Positions 48,501 through 56,889 of a stretch of DNA of 64,000 nucleotides are shown here, piece after piece; within the stretch, counting starts at the first letter, position 1; every line of letters begins with the position of its first letter. Origin of the DNA: a virus; IMG/VR virus record IMGVR_UViG_3300019776_000550, positions 27,499 through 91,498 of that record; one strand, written 5' to 3'. The notes under the pieces were generated by a model. It ran no database searches. It had not been told where the DNA came from and was given only the letters and a program-made list of their open reading frames with translations. The position numbers and the translations under genes were made by a program.

Positions 48501-49393
48501 CCTCAACTGGAGGCAGTAATCCAATAATTGATATTTCTGCATCTTACGTAGGACAGTCTTCTATTACTACATTAGGAACTATTACTACTGGTATATGGCA
48601 AGGAACAGCTATAGCAGATACATATATTTCTTCTGCAACAACATGGAATAACAAACAAGCTGGTATTCAGTTTAAAGATGAAGGTGTTAATTTAGGTACT
48701 TCAAATACAGTAACGGAAGTTAACTTTACTGGAGCTGGTATAACAGCATCAAGAGTAGGGAACGTAGTTACTGTAGATGTAGGAGCTACATCTGGAGTAA
48801 CAAACTTATCATACACTACATCAGCTACTAATGGAATTGTAGTTTCTGACACTGGTACTGACGCTACAATATTAGCAGCTTCAGGAACAATTGCAGGTTT
48901 AATGTTACCTGCCGACTTTACTAAATTATCTAATATTACAATTACACAACCTGTAAACTTAGATGATTTAGAATTAGATGTTGCTGATTTAACTACATTA
49001 TCAGGAGTTGCATCTAATGCTACAACACTCGGTACTTTTACAGGAACTACAATTCCTGACAATAGCACAATAAAAGCAGCTTTACAAAGTTTAGAAACTT
49101 CTTTAGAAAGTTCTTCGGGAACAGGTTCTACTCAAACTAAGATAAGAGTTGTTAATGCAAGTACAACATTAGTTGCTGCAACTGATGGAACTGTAGTATT
49201 TGATACAGCAGGAACTGTTGCTACATTACCTACTCCTGTAAATGAAAAACAACTAGTTGTAAAAAATGTAAGTACTGGTAATATAACTGTAACTGGACAT
49301 ATCGACGGAAGTTCAGCTCAAACATTTACTGTAGCTACATTAGAATCATTTAGATTTCATAGTAACGGAACAACTTGGTATTTAATTTCTTAA
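45551..49393 (+). CDS. long tail fibre protein with internal repeats
   Basis: SVAGKTGAV.L.K.DVGL.NVDNT, NIKTINGQSLLGSGD and TVNAKGLVT fibre motifs; G/S/T-rich. Confidence 0.85.
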   Translation: MQMLNNSNQIHQLQTDVCCLKDLIKSLEAKVNSSCSTPSSLKIKNDGIDITPINFKSLDFIGDLQAASYGNDVKIFANLTNGQGSVISVAGKTGAVILDKTDVGLNNVDNTTDLLKPISTATQTALNLKQNTLVSGTNIKTINGQSLLGSGDVTISAGGGGTVSSVALDVPVGFAVSGSPITTSGIIGLSFATGYSLPTNANQSNWTNAYNNRISALTTSGNSGVATLSNNTLNIPNYTLAGLGGQPLNSNLTTIASLTGASGFLKTNGSGTWTVDTNSYITGNQNITLSGQAIGSGTTNISITLDNNAVINKVLTGFTSATGTISATDSILQAIQKLDGNLASATAGGISSVTGTPNRITSTGGSNPILDISSNYVGQSSINTLGTVTTGVWNGTSISDTYISSASVWNSKQSGIQFQDEGANLDSSGTVNTVNFTGNHVTASRTGNVLTLDFSGGGGSGTTNLSYTASSTNGIVVSDTGTDATIPLGSSTNAGLISPSQVDKLGFISVTQPVNLDQLETDVAANNAKVSNATHTGDVTGSTVLTLATVNSNIGNFNTVTVNAKGLVTAATNISYLTSNQNITLLGEASGSGATSIAVTLSNSAVINKVLTGFTSATGTILATDTILQAIQKLNGNLAAATAGGISSVSGTTNRITSTGGSNPILDISASYVGQTSITTLGTVTTGTWNGTAISDSYISSASTWNAKQTAYANLTAIGSLANSAGVLTNNGTGTFSYTTVTSNATHTGDATGATALTVVGINGTNLASLGTGILKNTTGTGVPSIATASDFPTLNQNTTGSAATLAVGRTISITGDLTYTSPVFNGSTNITAVGTLATVNANIGSYGSSTQVATFTVNAKGLVTAAGSVNISLAGLGGQAQLSGTGFVKVSGTTVTYDNSVYLTANQNITLSGEATGSGTTSIGVTLSNSAVINKVLTGFTSSTGTILATDTILQAIQKLNGNLAAATAGGISSVSGTTNRITSTGGSNPIIDISASYVGQSSITTLGTITTGIWQGTAIADTYISSATTWNNKQAGIQFKDEGVNLGTSNTVTEVNFTGAGITASRVGNVVTVDVGATSGVTNLSYTTSATNGIVVSDTGTDATILAASGTIAGLMLPADFTKLSNITITQPVNLDDLELDVADLTTLSGVASNATTLGTFTGTTIPDNSTIKAALQSLETSLESSSGTGSTQTKIRVVNASTTLVAATDGTVVFDTAGTVATLPTPVNEKQLVVKNVSTGNITVTGHIDGSSAQTFTVATLESFRFHSNGTTWYLIS
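46390..48660 (+). repeat. three ~130-aa protein repeats in tail fibre
   Basis: NQNITL.G.A.GSG...AVINKVLTGFTS...YISSA..WN.KQ at about 46390, 47280 and 48260. Confidence 0.85.
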
Positions 49394-49404
49394 TATATAA
49401 AAAA

Positions 49405-49848
49405 ATGGACAAAAGACTTTATCAATCAGGAAATATAGCTATTCCTTTATTAATTAATCCTGAACATGCAGTAAATCCACAACCTAATTTTCTTATCATT
49501 GAAGATATTAGAGGTAAAACTAAAGTGGAACTTCCTGTATTAGGAGATACTGTTTGTAAAATTGCTCAATATAAAATTGTATATAGAGAGATTCTTGAAG
49601 CTTCTGTAGAGTTACATCGAATGGAAGAGATGCGAGAAATTGTTTATGAAAGTGCCTACCAACCAGTACCTACAGGAATAGTGGAAGCGTTAACTGATTA
49701 TTCATTTTTGATAAATAAAGTTGACGAAGTAAATTACATGCTTAATTTATTTCAATTCAGAGGTGTATTGTACAATTATCAACTAATTATTGATACAGAA
49801 AAGCTACAAGATATTATTGATACAGAAAATCCACCAATAACAGCTTAA
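49405..49848 (+). CDS. hypothetical protein (possible fibre chaperone)
   Basis: ORF between fibre and spike; start MDKRLY. Confidence 0.6.
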   Translation: MDKRLYQSGNIAIPLLINPEHAVNPQPNFLIIEDIRGKTKVELPVLGDTVCKIAQYKIVYREILEASVELHRMEEMREIVYESAYQPVPTGIVEALTDYSFLINKVDEVNYMLNLFQFRGVLYNYQLIIDTEKLQDIIDTENPPITA

Positions 49849-49852
49849 TTAA

Positions 49853-52471
49853 ATGAAATTAGGAGAAAACAAAACTGTTAGTGAAGTAAGAGCTTTTACA
49901 GCACAAGATGTAAAGCTTAATAGAATTGTATATATAACAGATGTTGATAAAGAAGGAGAGTTTGTATTAGATAGTACAGACACTACTTCTACTGATAATC
50001 TAGGTACAATTCTTGTAACAAATAGTGGAGCAAGATATAAAAGAAGATATACAGGTGCTGTAAATGTCAGATGGTTTAATGCTAAAGGGGATGGAACTAC
50101 TAATGATACTACAGCTATACAATACTGTATAAGTAATATAGATTCTGTTTATATTCCTAAAGGTACTTATAAAGTAGATACTTTAACTCTTAGGTCAGGT
50201 GTTAAACTAGTTGGTGATGGTGCTTCTACAATATTAAAAGCTAATTCAGATTTTACAAAAGTTATTAATATTTATACAGCAGGTTCTGTTACCAGTAATG
50301 TTACAGTTTCTGATTTATCAATAGATGGAGGTGGGCAAACAACTGACAAATATACAGGAATAAAACGTGCTTATGGAGTATATATTTCTAATGCACAAAA
50401 TATTACAGTTGAACGTTTGTATATTTATAAATGTGGTGTAATGAATCCTTCATCTGTTATAGATGATGTGAATTTTGGAGGTTATGGTATTTTTGGAGAA
50501 TCTCGAAATGGAGAAATTAGAAACATAATAGTTTCTGGTTGTACTGTAACTGATATTGCTGGTGGTGGAATGCAAATGGGTGATGGTATTATGTTTAATG
50601 GATTTAATGATAATACATCTATTGTTCCTAATCACATAACCATAGAAAACTGTCATGTTGAAAGAGTAGGAAGACACTGTTATAGTGTTGGAGGAGAACC
50701 TCCTCAAAGTTTAGCTCAAAATGTATATTTAACAAATCTTTACGGAAAAGATGCTTCTCTTTGTGGTATTGATTTTGAAGAAGGAGTACAATGTACATTA
50801 GATGGCTTTAAATTTGAAAATTGTGGCAATTATACATATTATTATGATATGTCAGCAATTGCTCAATATGGTTCTCAATATCATTTAAGTAGTGGTATTG
50901 CTATTGGTAATCTATGTGAAGGTACTACCATGAGAAATGGTCATATAAGAAACTCTAACTACGGAATAACATTTGGTGGTTCTAGTAATATACTATATGA
51001 AAACATTAGAATTGAAGGTAGTACTCAAGCTGATATGGCTTTGCGTTTAGCGCGTATAGGAGACAATACTGTATTAAGAAACATTAGATGTTTAACAGCA
51101 AATAAGACTGTATCTTTTTATAGTTCTACAGTAAATTCAAACATATTGATTGATAGTTGTTACTTTGCTAATGGGGCTAACATCGCTGGATTACAAGGAG
51201 CTAGATTTAGCAACTGCTCTTTCGCAAATCCGCTAACTTTATCAGGTCAATATGATACTAAAAATGTTATTATTCAAGGTTGTAATTTTTCAGGAGCAAG
51301 AGGTATAAATTTTATAAATACAGCTTATGCAGAAGATATAACAATTACTAATTGTAATTTTATTGGTAATACAGAATATGGTATTTATCTTACATGGAAT
51401 AGTGTACTCAGAACAAAAATTATAAATAATGAATTTAGAAATATTACTGGAACATCAGCAGGTGCTGCTATAACTCATGCTAATTCTGATAGTCAAGATG
51501 CAATAAGTTCAATTGTTAATAATAAATTTGTAAATTGCAAAGCAGGAATATTTTTAAATCAAGGTTGTAAAAATAATACTATTTCTTCAAACTCATTTAA
51601 TCAGATTTCAGGATGGTGTATAGATACAGGTACATTAGCTGCTGTTAATGGATTGTTTAATGTCAGAATAACAGGAAACCATGCGGATAATACTTGTGTA
51701 AACGGTCTTAGAATTTTAGTAGGTGGTTTTGGAGCTTTATCTTATGATTATTGTATTATTACTGATAATTCATTTAATGTAAGTGGAACTGCTTACAATG
51801 TTAACTCAGGTAATATTAATGGTTATTTTATTACAGAACGTAATGTACAATTTAATCAACAGGGAGGTGCTGATTATACAATAGGTTATTATGACCCATA
51901 TAGACTTGTAGAACTTAATGGGTCGTCTGCATATACCTTAAACATACCTCCCGAGAGTTCTGTAAACTTTCCAATAGGAACTATTATAAATGGAGTTCAG
52001 CTTGGTACAGGACAAGTTACTGTAGTAGCAGGTTCAGGAGTTACAGTATTAAGTAGAGGAGGAATATTAAAAACAAATGGTCAGTATTCTAACTTTTCAC
52101 TTATTAAAAGAGCTTCTAATACTTGGTATTTGTATGGAGACTTAGAAAGGTCTGCTCCTCAAGTACAGAGTGCAGTTTCAACTGCTACATTTACTTTTAA
52201 TTGGAGTAGTAATGATATAAGTGTTATAACAGCACAATCTGTAGCACTTACTGTTGCAGAACCTACAGGAACTCCTTCTCAAGGAAGACCTTTTATATTA
52301 AGAGTAAAAGATAATGGAACTGCTAGAGCAATTACATGGAATGGTATTTTTAGAGGAGTTGGGGTTACATTACCTACAACAACAGTAGCTAATAAAACTA
52401 CTTATGTTTCAGGGTATTATAATAGTACAGACACAAGAGTTGACATTGTTGGAGTATTGACTGAAAGTTAA
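49853..52471 (+). CDS. tailspike, pectate-lyase-like right-handed beta-helix
   Basis: VNVRWFNAKGDGTTNDTTAIQ...VYIPKGTY, followed by Asn/Cys-ladder coils. Confidence 0.88.
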   Translation: MKLGENKTVSEVRAFTAQDVKLNRIVYITDVDKEGEFVLDSTDTTSTDNLGTILVTNSGARYKRRYTGAVNVRWFNAKGDGTTNDTTAIQYCISNIDSVYIPKGTYKVDTLTLRSGVKLVGDGASTILKANSDFTKVINIYTAGSVTSNVTVSDLSIDGGGQTTDKYTGIKRAYGVYISNAQNITVERLYIYKCGVMNPSSVIDDVNFGGYGIFGESRNGEIRNIIVSGCTVTDIAGGGMQMGDGIMFNGFNDNTSIVPNHITIENCHVERVGRHCYSVGGEPPQSLAQNVYLTNLYGKDASLCGIDFEEGVQCTLDGFKFENCGNYTYYYDMSAIAQYGSQYHLSSGIAIGNLCEGTTMRNGHIRNSNYGITFGGSSNILYENIRIEGSTQADMALRLARIGDNTVLRNIRCLTANKTVSFYSSTVNSNILIDSCYFANGANIAGLQGARFSNCSFANPLTLSGQYDTKNVIIQGCNFSGARGINFINTAYAEDITITNCNFIGNTEYGIYLTWNSVLRTKIINNEFRNITGTSAGAAITHANSDSQDAISSIVNNKFVNCKAGIFLNQGCKNNTISSNSFNQISGWCIDTGTLAAVNGLFNVRITGNHADNTCVNGLRILVGGFGALSYDYCIITDNSFNVSGTAYNVNSGNINGYFITERNVQFNQQGGADYTIGYYDPYRLVELNGSSAYTLNIPPESSVNFPIGTIINGVQLGTGQVTVVAGSGVTVLSRGGILKTNGQYSNFSLIKRASNTWYLYGDLERSAPQVQSAVSTATFTFNWSSNDISVITAQSVALTVAEPTGTPSQGRPFILRVKDNGTARAITWNGIFRGVGVTLPTTTVANKTTYVSGYYNSTDTRVDIVGVLTES

Positions 52472-52476
52472 ATATT

Positions 52477-53265
52477 ATGTATATTCGTTTTCCAAGTTTA
52501 GTAATGGCAGGTAGTCCTGCCATTACATATGATACTGACGCACAAGCTTTTATAACAGCAGCAAACATCACAAATACTACTCAAAGAAATGCTATTAATC
52601 AATTAGTAAATAGTCTAAAAAGTAATGGTGTTTGGGCTAAATGTTTAGCTATTTATCCTTTTGTAGGTGGAACAGAAGCATCTCATAAATTTAATTTAAA
52701 AAATCCATTAGATACTAATGCAGCTTTCAGGTTAGTTTTTCAAACAGGTTGGACACATTCTTCTGGAGGAGCTGTTCCTAATGGTTCTACTTATGCTAAT
52801 ACATTTTTAGTACCAAGTGCTTCATTAGGCTTAAATAATAAACATCTTTCTTATTTTAGTACATCTAGCGGAAGCACTGCTTCTCTAATGGGAGTTGATG
52901 ATGGAAGTAATACAGATGGATTAATTCCTAACTTTTCTAATACTGGAGATAATTACAGTACTTTATCTTCTTCTGTAAGTTTAAAAAGTGGAGGTGTTTC
53001 TTTAGGATTTCATTTGATTACTAGAACAGTTTCTACCAGCCATTCTTATTTTAGAAATGGAGCTAATAAATTAACTACAACTGATAATAGTGTAGGTAAT
53101 TCAAATTCATCTATTTATTTAGGTGCTAGAAATTTAAATGGAGGAGGTTCTCAAGGTACAACAAGAGGATGTAGTTTTGCTTCTATAGGTTCAGGATTAA
53201 CAGATACAGAAGTATCTAATTTTTATACTGCTGTTCAAGCATTTCAAACTTCTTTAGGAAGATAA
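52477..53265 (+). CDS. fibre-associated beta-sandwich protein
   Basis: YDTDAQAFITAA.IT...AIYPFVGG...HKFNLK, a recurrent phage fibre domain. Confidence 0.65.
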   Translation: MYIRFPSLVMAGSPAITYDTDAQAFITAANITNTTQRNAINQLVNSLKSNGVWAKCLAIYPFVGGTEASHKFNLKNPLDTNAAFRLVFQTGWTHSSGGAVPNGSTYANTFLVPSASLGLNNKHLSYFSTSSGSTASLMGVDDGSNTDGLIPNFSNTGDNYSTLSSSVSLKSGGVSLGFHLITRTVSTSHSYFRNGANKLTTTDNSVGNSNSSIYLGARNLNGGGSQGTTRGCSFASIGSGLTDTEVSNFYTAVQAFQTSLGR

Positions 53266-53276
53266 AATATAATAAA

Positions 53277-53717
53277 ATGTTATTAATATTGGCAATCTGG
53301 CTTGCAAGTATTTTAATACCTATTGGGTTTATATATAGTGTGATAAGACATTTAAACGGAATATTAAAAGTAGGAAATAATGCAGCTTATTTAATTGATG
53401 TTATAGGAAATGTTATTTGCGCTGAATTATTTAATGATTTGTTAGTTATTAATAAAAAGATGCATCCTTTTGGTGATAGAAATGAAACCATAAGTGAAGC
53501 TTTAGGTATTAATTATTTTTGGAAAAATTTAACTAAATTAGGGTATCACTTATTTGCTTTAATTGAATTACATGATTATAAACATTTTCACAAAGCGTTA
53601 AATGTTCCATATAATAAAGAGACAAGTAAAGAAAAAAGAAAAAGAATTTTTAAATTAATTATAGGTTACTTTATTTTAAGTCTTGTAGTTTTATTATTAA
53701 TGCTTTATGAAAATTAA
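53277..53717 (+). CDS. conserved phage membrane protein
   Basis: D..GN...FG...ETIS..LG motif; N- and C-terminal TM helices. Confidence 0.65.
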   Translation: MLLILAIWLASILIPIGFIYSVIRHLNGILKVGNNAAYLIDVIGNVICAELFNDLLVINKKMHPFGDRNETISEALGINYFWKNLTKLGYHLFALIELHDYKHFHKALNVPYNKETSKEKRKRIFKLIIGYFILSLVVLLLMLYEN

Positions 53718-54042
53718 ATATATCAATACTCCAACATTTCAATTAGATGATTTATCATTCAATCATAATATTGGAATTGTTTCAGATACAGTTTTTAACA
53801 CTATATCAGAAGCTTATAATAATTTACATACTTCTTATACAACAACTGTTGCTGTTGGATTAAGAAATACAGATGAATATTTATCACTAAGCGTAAAAAA
53901 ATTCATACCTTTAGTGGGTAATAGGGTAGCTAAATTTGCAAATGATTTTGAAATTTCTTATTATTACCTTATTTTAGATGGCAACGGAAAATTAATTGAT
54001 AAAAAGTTAATACATAAAACAAATATTGAAAATGAAAACTAG
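53707..54042 (+). CDS. hypothetical protein
   Basis: ORF. Confidence 0.55.
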   Translation: MKIKYINTPTFQLDDLSFNHNIGIVSDTVFNTISEAYNNLHTSYTTTVAVGLRNTDEYLSLSVKKFIPLVGNRVAKFANDFEISYYYLILDGNGKLIDKKLIHKTNIENEN

Positions 54043-54526
54043 TGCATCATTAGTAGAACAAAACGATTATGATAATGTAATAGTAACTATAAGTACTACT
54101 ACGTTTAATGTCACAACAACAACTTGTTCTTGTACTCCTATTTCACATAACGTATCAAAGACATTGTGTAGAAATGATGGATTTGTTTATGTAGAAACAC
54201 CACAATATAGAGTACCTAGTTGTGGAGATTCTACATTTCTTTCTTATCGTATTACACAACTTCCTGTTGGTGGTAGCTTGCAAGTAGATGGTGTTAATGT
54301 AACTTTAAATCAAGATTTGTCTAAACAACAAATGGCAAAACTTGTTTACAAACTTAATTATAGCAATGTAAACTCTGACACAGCTAAGTTTACAGTAAGA
54401 CTTTCTTGTGGAACATCAGCAGCTAATACTATTACATTTACAATTACAGATTGTGAATCAGCAGGTTGTCAAGATTGTGCTACTACTACTGTTCTTCCAT
54501 TGATTACAACAACTACTGGAGCTTAA
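54032..54526 (+). CDS. Ig/cadherin-like domain protein flanked by Thr tracts
   Basis: YRITQLPVGGSLQVDGVNVTLNQ...KLVY; TTTT at both ends. Confidence 0.65.
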   Translation: MKTSASLVEQNDYDNVIVTISTTTFNVTTTTCSCTPISHNVSKTLCRNDGFVYVETPQYRVPSCGDSTFLSYRITQLPVGGSLQVDGVNVTLNQDLSKQQMAKLVYKLNYSNVNSDTAKFTVRLSCGTSAANTITFTITDCESAGCQDCATTTVLPLITTTTGA

Positions 54527-55200
54527 TGTTATTATCTGATTTAGCTAATTTTATTGCTAAGAAGCAGGGTATAAGTGAGGATTTGATAGCTGTAGACTTA
54601 CTAAAGCATCAAATTCTTGCTTATAACGCTGTTGTTATAAAACAACAATATGATAAAAGCGGACTTATTGCAGAATCTTTATCTCAAACTATTAGATGTG
54701 TTAATGTTAATAAAGTTAATTCAGCAGCTTGTGGTTTAGGTGTAGATAATGACTTTGTATTGAGAACAAGTTCTAAAGTACCAAAACCTTTGATTTTAAA
54801 AAGACGAGTTCCTTTTTTATCAGTTTATAATACAGTAACTTCATCCAAAAGAGTTAGTTTAGATTATATATCACCCAATGAACTTGAGTATATTCAAGAT
54901 AGACGTTTTACAAAAAATAATATGTTTTATACTTATGAAAACGATTATGTCTATATTGTTAATGCTCTTGAAAAAGGTATTGATTTAAATACAGTTAGTA
55001 TTAGAGCTATTTGGGACAATCCATTAGAAGTAAAGCTGTTTGCAGAAAACGAAAAAATAACAGGCTGTAATCAATTATGCCAAGATTGTAGCAATGAAGA
55101 ATCTACATGTTTTCAAGATGGAGATTATAACATAGCAAGTTCAATAGAAGGACTTATATTATCTTTCTTTTTAAATGATAACATTAATAAAGCCGAATAA
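54526..55200 (+). CDS. putative tail ring protein
   Basis: crAss synteny; Q.I.CV....V...C and V.IRAIWDNP motifs. Confidence 0.6.
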   Translation: MLLSDLANFIAKKQGISEDLIAVDLLKHQILAYNAVVIKQQYDKSGLIAESLSQTIRCVNVNKVNSAACGLGVDNDFVLRTSSKVPKPLILKRRVPFLSVYNTVTSSKRVSLDYISPNELEYIQDRRFTKNNMFYTYENDYVYIVNALEKGIDLNTVSIRAIWDNPLEVKLFAENEKITGCNQLCQDCSNEESTCFQDGDYNIASSIEGLILSFFLNDNINKAE

Positions 55201-55627
55201 CAAAGTTATGGTACTTTTAGAGTACTATAAAGAATATCACGATAATGTAGATAGTAAAGTCAGCATTATTACTTATAGCAGTGTAGTTAAACTTTTTTTT
55301 AAAAAGTGTAAAGAATATATTTTTACAGGAGAAACTTTACATTTACCTATTGGTAAATTTAAAGTTAATCAAATTGTAAGAGACATTTCAGAAAAGAAAG
55401 TTTGTTTTCCTGGTACTAAAAAAGCAAGAATAGAAGCTGCTAAACAAGGTAAGTCAGAAGAAGAAATTAAATCAATTATTGTTTATAGAACTAATACTTC
55501 TTATGCAGCTTTACAGTGGAAACAAAGTACGTTATTTAATAAGAATAATCTTGACTTTGTATTTTCTACTATAAGAAACTTACATAGAGATTTACCTAAG
55601 TATTTTAATTATTCAGATTATAACTAA
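55175..55627 (+). CDS. IHF-like protein of crAss tail module
   Basis: Y..VVK.F...I..G..L.LP.G.F pattern and synteny. Confidence 0.6.
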   Translation: MITLIKPNNKVMVLLEYYKEYHDNVDSKVSIITYSSVVKLFFKKCKEYIFTGETLHLPIGKFKVNQIVRDISEKKVCFPGTKKARIEAAKQGKSEEEIKSIIVYRTNTSYAALQWKQSTLFNKNNLDFVFSTIRNLHRDLPKYFNYSDYN

Positions 55628-56427
55628 TGAATCACTCTTTAATTTCAAGTCGGTCTATTATACAAAGAATTATCAGTAGATATAACATTACTATATCTAA
55701 AAGTGAAGCTATTGAGTGGGTAGGTGATGGAATTGAAGAAATAGGTTATCATGCTGGGTTTTTTAATAAGGTTAAAAAAGTAAATGTAATTAATTATAAA
55801 ATAGATATTCCTTGTGATTTTGTTAGTTTAAATTATTTTATTTATGAAGGTAAAAAATTAAATTATGGATTGCCTAAATCGCATAATTATCCAAAGTCTG
55901 TTAATGCAGCAGAAGTAGATTTAGTAACTAACATGATAGCTAATTCTACAATAAAGCTTGATTTAAATGCATGTTGTGAAGATAGTGAATTAGAAGAAAA
56001 AGTTTATCATATAGATATACTTGAAAAGAGAGCAAGTTATCTTACTGATACTTTTAAATATACAGACCCTTCTGATGATTATTATTACACTAATTCAGGC
56101 GATGGATATAGCACTAATGCTAAAGATGAAGTTTATATTTTCTACAAAGCTTTTCCTCTTGATGATGAAAATTACCCTTTGATTATCAATGAAATCAAAT
56201 ACAGAAATGCAATAACTCATTACTTATTACTATGTTATTTAAGTAGTGGTCACAAACATCCTGTATTAGATTATGAAACTGTAAAGTTAGAAAGCAGAAG
56301 ACTCATTCAAGTTGCTGCAAATGAACACTTTAAGATGACAGTTAAAGATATGGAGAAATTTGCGGATAATTGGACAAATATGTTATTTAGAATATCTAAT
56401 AATTATAATTATTACAGTAATGGCTGA
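55627..56427 (+). CDS. tail tubular/ring protein (P22 gp4-like)
   Basis: IEWVGDGIEEIG, IPCD, YKAFPLDDENYPLI. Confidence 0.75.
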   Translation: MNHSLISSRSIIQRIISRYNITISKSEAIEWVGDGIEEIGYHAGFFNKVKKVNVINYKIDIPCDFVSLNYFIYEGKKLNYGLPKSHNYPKSVNAAEVDLVTNMIANSTIKLDLNACCEDSELEEKVYHIDILEKRASYLTDTFKYTDPSDDYYYTNSGDGYSTNAKDEVYIFYKAFPLDDENYPLIINEIKYRNAITHYLLLCYLSSGHKHPVLDYETVKLESRRLIQVAANEHFKMTVKDMEKFADNWTNMLFRISNNYNYYSNG

Positions 56428-56581
56428 CCAAATCTTAGAGCAACTTCCTCAAATATTAATGGGAATTTACTTATTTTATAAAAAAATTGACAGTACTCCA
56501 ACTAATCTTGATGATTTAAAATCAGAAATAGAAAATCTTAAAAATGAAGTTAGTTTTTTAAAAGGTAAATTATCAAAATGA
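56420..56581 (+). CDS. small membrane/coiled-coil protein (possible lysis accessory)
   Basis: Start MADQIL; hydrophobic N-terminus then heptads. Confidence 0.45.
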   Translation: MADQILEQLPQILMGIYLFYKKIDSTPTNLDDLKSEIENLKNEVSFLKGKLSK

Positions 56582-56889
56582 CATCACGACAAATAGCACT
56601 TGGACTAGCTTTTGTTATATCTATTATAATTTCTTCTTACGTAAGAAAGAATAGAAATACAGTAGTAGCAAAAAGTATTCAATCTAAAATTGATACACTT
56701 ACTAAAATTAATGATAGTACTTATGTAAGTTTAGAACTTGTATCAATAAAAGATACTGTAGTATTGCGAGAAGGTGTTTATATACAACATCCTAAAGAAC
56801 TAATTATAAGATTGAGTGCTGTTTCAAATAATATTGATGTAGATTCTACTAAAAAAACTTTAGCGTTTCAACTTAAATCAAAGCTATGA
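56578..56889 (+). CDS. membrane-anchored protein (possible i-spanin)
   Basis: N-terminal TM helix; Bacteroidota-type IDTL/KDTV segments. Confidence 0.45.
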   Translation: MTSRQIALGLAFVISIIISSYVRKNRNTVVAKSIQSKIDTLTKINDSTYVSLELVSIKDTVVLREGVYIQHPKELIIRLSAVSNNIDVDSTKKTLAFQLKSKL

